Assembly: GCA_035512635.1 (NCBI GenBank)
Contig: DATKDR010000010.1
Coordinates: 55 to 64,054 of the forward strand
Reading direction: 5' to 3'
Source: Longimicrobiales bacterium
GTDB taxonomy: Bacteria; Gemmatimonadota; Gemmatimonadetes; Longimicrobiales; RSA9
DNA length: 64,000 bases
Below are positions 62,161 to 64,000 of this stretch, one piece after another. The notes beneath the pieces were generated by a model that saw only the letters and a program-made list of their open reading frames with translations, had not been told where the DNA came from and did no database searches. The translations under genes and the position numbers were made by a program. Position 1 is the stretch's first letter; the number at the start of each line of letters is the position of its first letter.

Positions 62161-63150
62161 ATGAGATTCGGCTTCGCCCATCCGTGGATGCTGCTGCTCC
62201 TGCCGCTCGTGCCGCTCGGCATCTGGGCGCTGACCCGCCACGCGCACGGCGGGCTGCGACACTCGCGCGCGGGCGCCATGGCACTCTTCGCGGGGACGAC
62301 ACCGCAACTGCTCGCGAGGCTGCCCGGCGCGCTGCGCGTCGCGGCGGTCATCGCGCTCATCATCGGAGTCGCGGGTCCGCGCACCGGGCAGGCGATCGTC
62401 GACGTCGAGGCGGAAGGCATCGGGATCATGCTGGTCGTCGACATCTCGAGCTCGATGCTCGCCGAGGACTTCGCGCCGCAGAACCGGCTCGCGGTGGCGA
62501 AGTCGACCGTCGCCGACTTTATCCAGGGCCGCCAGTACGACCGCATCGGCATGGTCGCCTTCTCGGGCGAGGCGCTGACGCAGGTGCCGCTCACCATCGA
62601 CTATCCCGTCCTGTTCCGCGCGCTCGAGCAGCTGCGCGTCGGCATGCTCGAGGACGGCACCGCCATCGGCACCGCCATCGCGACCGCCGCGAGCCGACTG
62701 CGCGACGCGACGGGCAAGTCGCGCGTCATGATCCTCATGACGGACGGCGAGAACAACCGCGGGCAGATCGATCCGATCACTGCGGCACGGGCCGCCGCCG
62801 CCTTCGACATCAAGGTGTACACGATCGGCGTCGGCAGCGAAGGAGTCGCGCGCGTTCCCGTCGCTCGCGGCGTCTTCGGCGGCTACCAGTACGCCAACAT
62901 CCCGGTCCACATCGACGAGGAGTTGCTGACCGGGATCGCCGACATCACCGGCGGCCGCTACTTCCGGGCGACCAACGAGGCGGCGCTCGACAGCATCTAT
63001 GACACGATCGACGAGCTGGAGACGACGACGGTCGAAGTCCGGCGCTACACGAACTACATGCCGCACTATCTGCCTTTCGTGCTGCTTGCGATCTCGGCCC
63101 TCCTCGGGGAGTGGCTGCTGCGCGCGAGCCGGTGGGGGAGGGTGCCGTGA
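62161..63150 (+). CDS. vWA-domain membrane protein, BatA-like
   Basis: 329 aa. GGAGG SD. N- and C-terminal TM helices. MIDAS VVDISSSM. MILMTDGENN. Confidence 0.85.
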   Translation: MRFGFAHPWMLLLLPLVPLGIWALTRHAHGGLRHSRAGAMALFAGTTPQLLARLPGALRVAAVIALIIGVAGPRTGQAIVDVEAEGIGIMLVVDISSSMLAEDFAPQNRLAVAKSTVADFIQGRQYDRIGMVAFSGEALTQVPLTIDYPVLFRALEQLRVGMLEDGTAIGTAIATAASRLRDATGKSRVMILMTDGENNRGQIDPITAARAAAAFDIKVYTIGVGSEGVARVPVARGVFGGYQYANIPVHIDEELLTGIADITGGRYFRATNEAALDSIYDTIDELETTTVEVRRYTNYMPHYLPFVLLAISALLGEWLLRASRWGRVP

Positions 63151-64000
63151 CCTTCGCGCGACCCGACTGGGTGTGGATGATCGCAGGGCTGCCGGTTGCG
63201 GTGGCGCTCGCGATCTGGCTCTGGCGGCGGCGCGTGCGCCGGGTCGCCGCCGCCCTCGGTGAGCCCGTCCTGGTCGAGCGACTGGGACTCGCGGGCGCGG
63301 GCCGTGCGCCGCGCCTCCGCATCGCGCTCCTCCTGCTGGCCGCCACTTCCCTCGGCCTCGCCGCCGCCGGACCGCAGCTGGGACAGCGGCGCATCGAGGG
63401 GCGGAGCAGTGTACGCAACATCGTGCTCGCGGTCGACGTATCCAAGTCGATGCTCGCGCGCGACCTCGAGCCGAGCCGGCTGGAGCAGGAGCGGCTGCTC
63501 GCGCGTCGGCTGATGCGGGCCATGGCAGGCGACCGCTTCGGCCTGGTCGCGTTCGCCGGGCGCGCGTACGTGCTGTCACCGCTGACGACGGATCACGGCG
63601 CGCTCGCGCTGTTCATCGACGCGCTGGATCCGGACATCGTAAGCTATGGCGGGTCGGCGCTGTCCGCGGCCATTCGGCAGGCCACGGACCTGGTGCGGGG
63701 CGAGCGGCCGGACAACGCGCAACCGGCCGCCGTCCTGGTCACGGATGGCGAGGCGCTGGAGCCGGAGGAGGGGGTACTGGAGGCGACGGATCGCGCGGCG
63801 CAGCTCGGCGTGACGCTGCACACGGTCGGGGTCGGCACGGCCGCGGGCTCGCTCGTCCCGGACCTGGATCCGCGCACGGGACGCACGCGGGGCTTCGTCG
63901 AGGACGAGCAGGGCGACCGGGTCGTCTCGCGCCTGGGCGCCGACCTCCTGCGCGAGATCGCGCGGCGCGGCGGCGGCCAGTACTTCGAGCTGTCCGCTTC
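63147..64000 (+). CDS. vWA-domain membrane protein, BatB-like (3' end outside the window)
   Basis: GTG 63147 (GTGA overlap). The frame is open to the window end, so it is absent from the ORF track. MIDAS AVDVSKSM. VLVTDGEA. Confidence 0.75.
   Translation, partial: MTFARPDWVWMIAGLPVAVALAIWLWRRRVRRVAAALGEPVLVERLGLAGAGRAPRLRIALLLLAATSLGLAAAGPQLGQRRIEGRSSVRNIVLAVDVSKSMLARDLEPSRLEQERLLARRLMRAMAGDRFGLVAFAGRAYVLSPLTTDHGALALFIDALDPDIVSYGGSALSAAIRQATDLVRGERPDNAQPAAVLVTDGEALEPEEGVLEATDRAAQLGVTLHTVGVGTAAGSLVPDLDPRTGRTRGFVEDEQGDRVVSRLGADLLREIARRGGGQYFELSA

Overview
Very GC-rich (by eye about 70 percent G+C, not computed) bacterial chromosomal segment, densely coding on both strands. I see no transposase, integrase, prophage or CRISPR content. 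All protein calls come from reading the supplied translations for family motifs; no database search was possible. A guess of a high-GC soil lineage such as Gemmatimonadota is unverified. Main blocks: (1) a tryptophan/anthranilate-type catabolic cluster: kynureninase-like enzyme, fused FAD-monooxygenase/Old-Yellow-Enzyme aryl-CoA monooxygenase-reductase, acyl-CoA dehydrogenase, crotonase, RidA, SDR, creatininase-family hydrolase, aryl-CoA ligase and flavin reductase. It is interrupted by an aromatic amino-acid biosynthesis unit (pheA, DAHP synthase, chorismate mutase). (2) Stress and envelope genes: DUF892, a serpin lipoprotein, YihY, a DUF3618/holin-like operon, an orphan histidine kinase, tandem USP, a DLH plus PRTase pair, and a cold-shock protein with an RGG tail. 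(3) Housekeeping genes: tRNA-Ser, tRNA-Gln, rpsU, rpsT, gltX, tadA, trkAH, pyrR-pyrB-pyrC, scpAB and rluB. (4) A MoxR/DUF58/vWA (Bat-type) operon that runs off the 3' end of the window. Most interesting non-coding signals: (a) a Phe/Tyr/Trp-rich leader peptide with mutually exclusive hairpins and a strong terminator in front of DAHP synthase, a candidate ribosome-mediated attenuator. (b) A family of degenerate heptanucleotide tandem arrays in at least ten gaps; several overlap stop codons and one sits inside a CDS. (c) A recurring TANNNT box 5-9 nt upstream of start codons that lack a Shine-Dalgarno, suggesting many leaderless mRNAs. (d) A perfect 24-bp palindrome centred on the arsR start codon.
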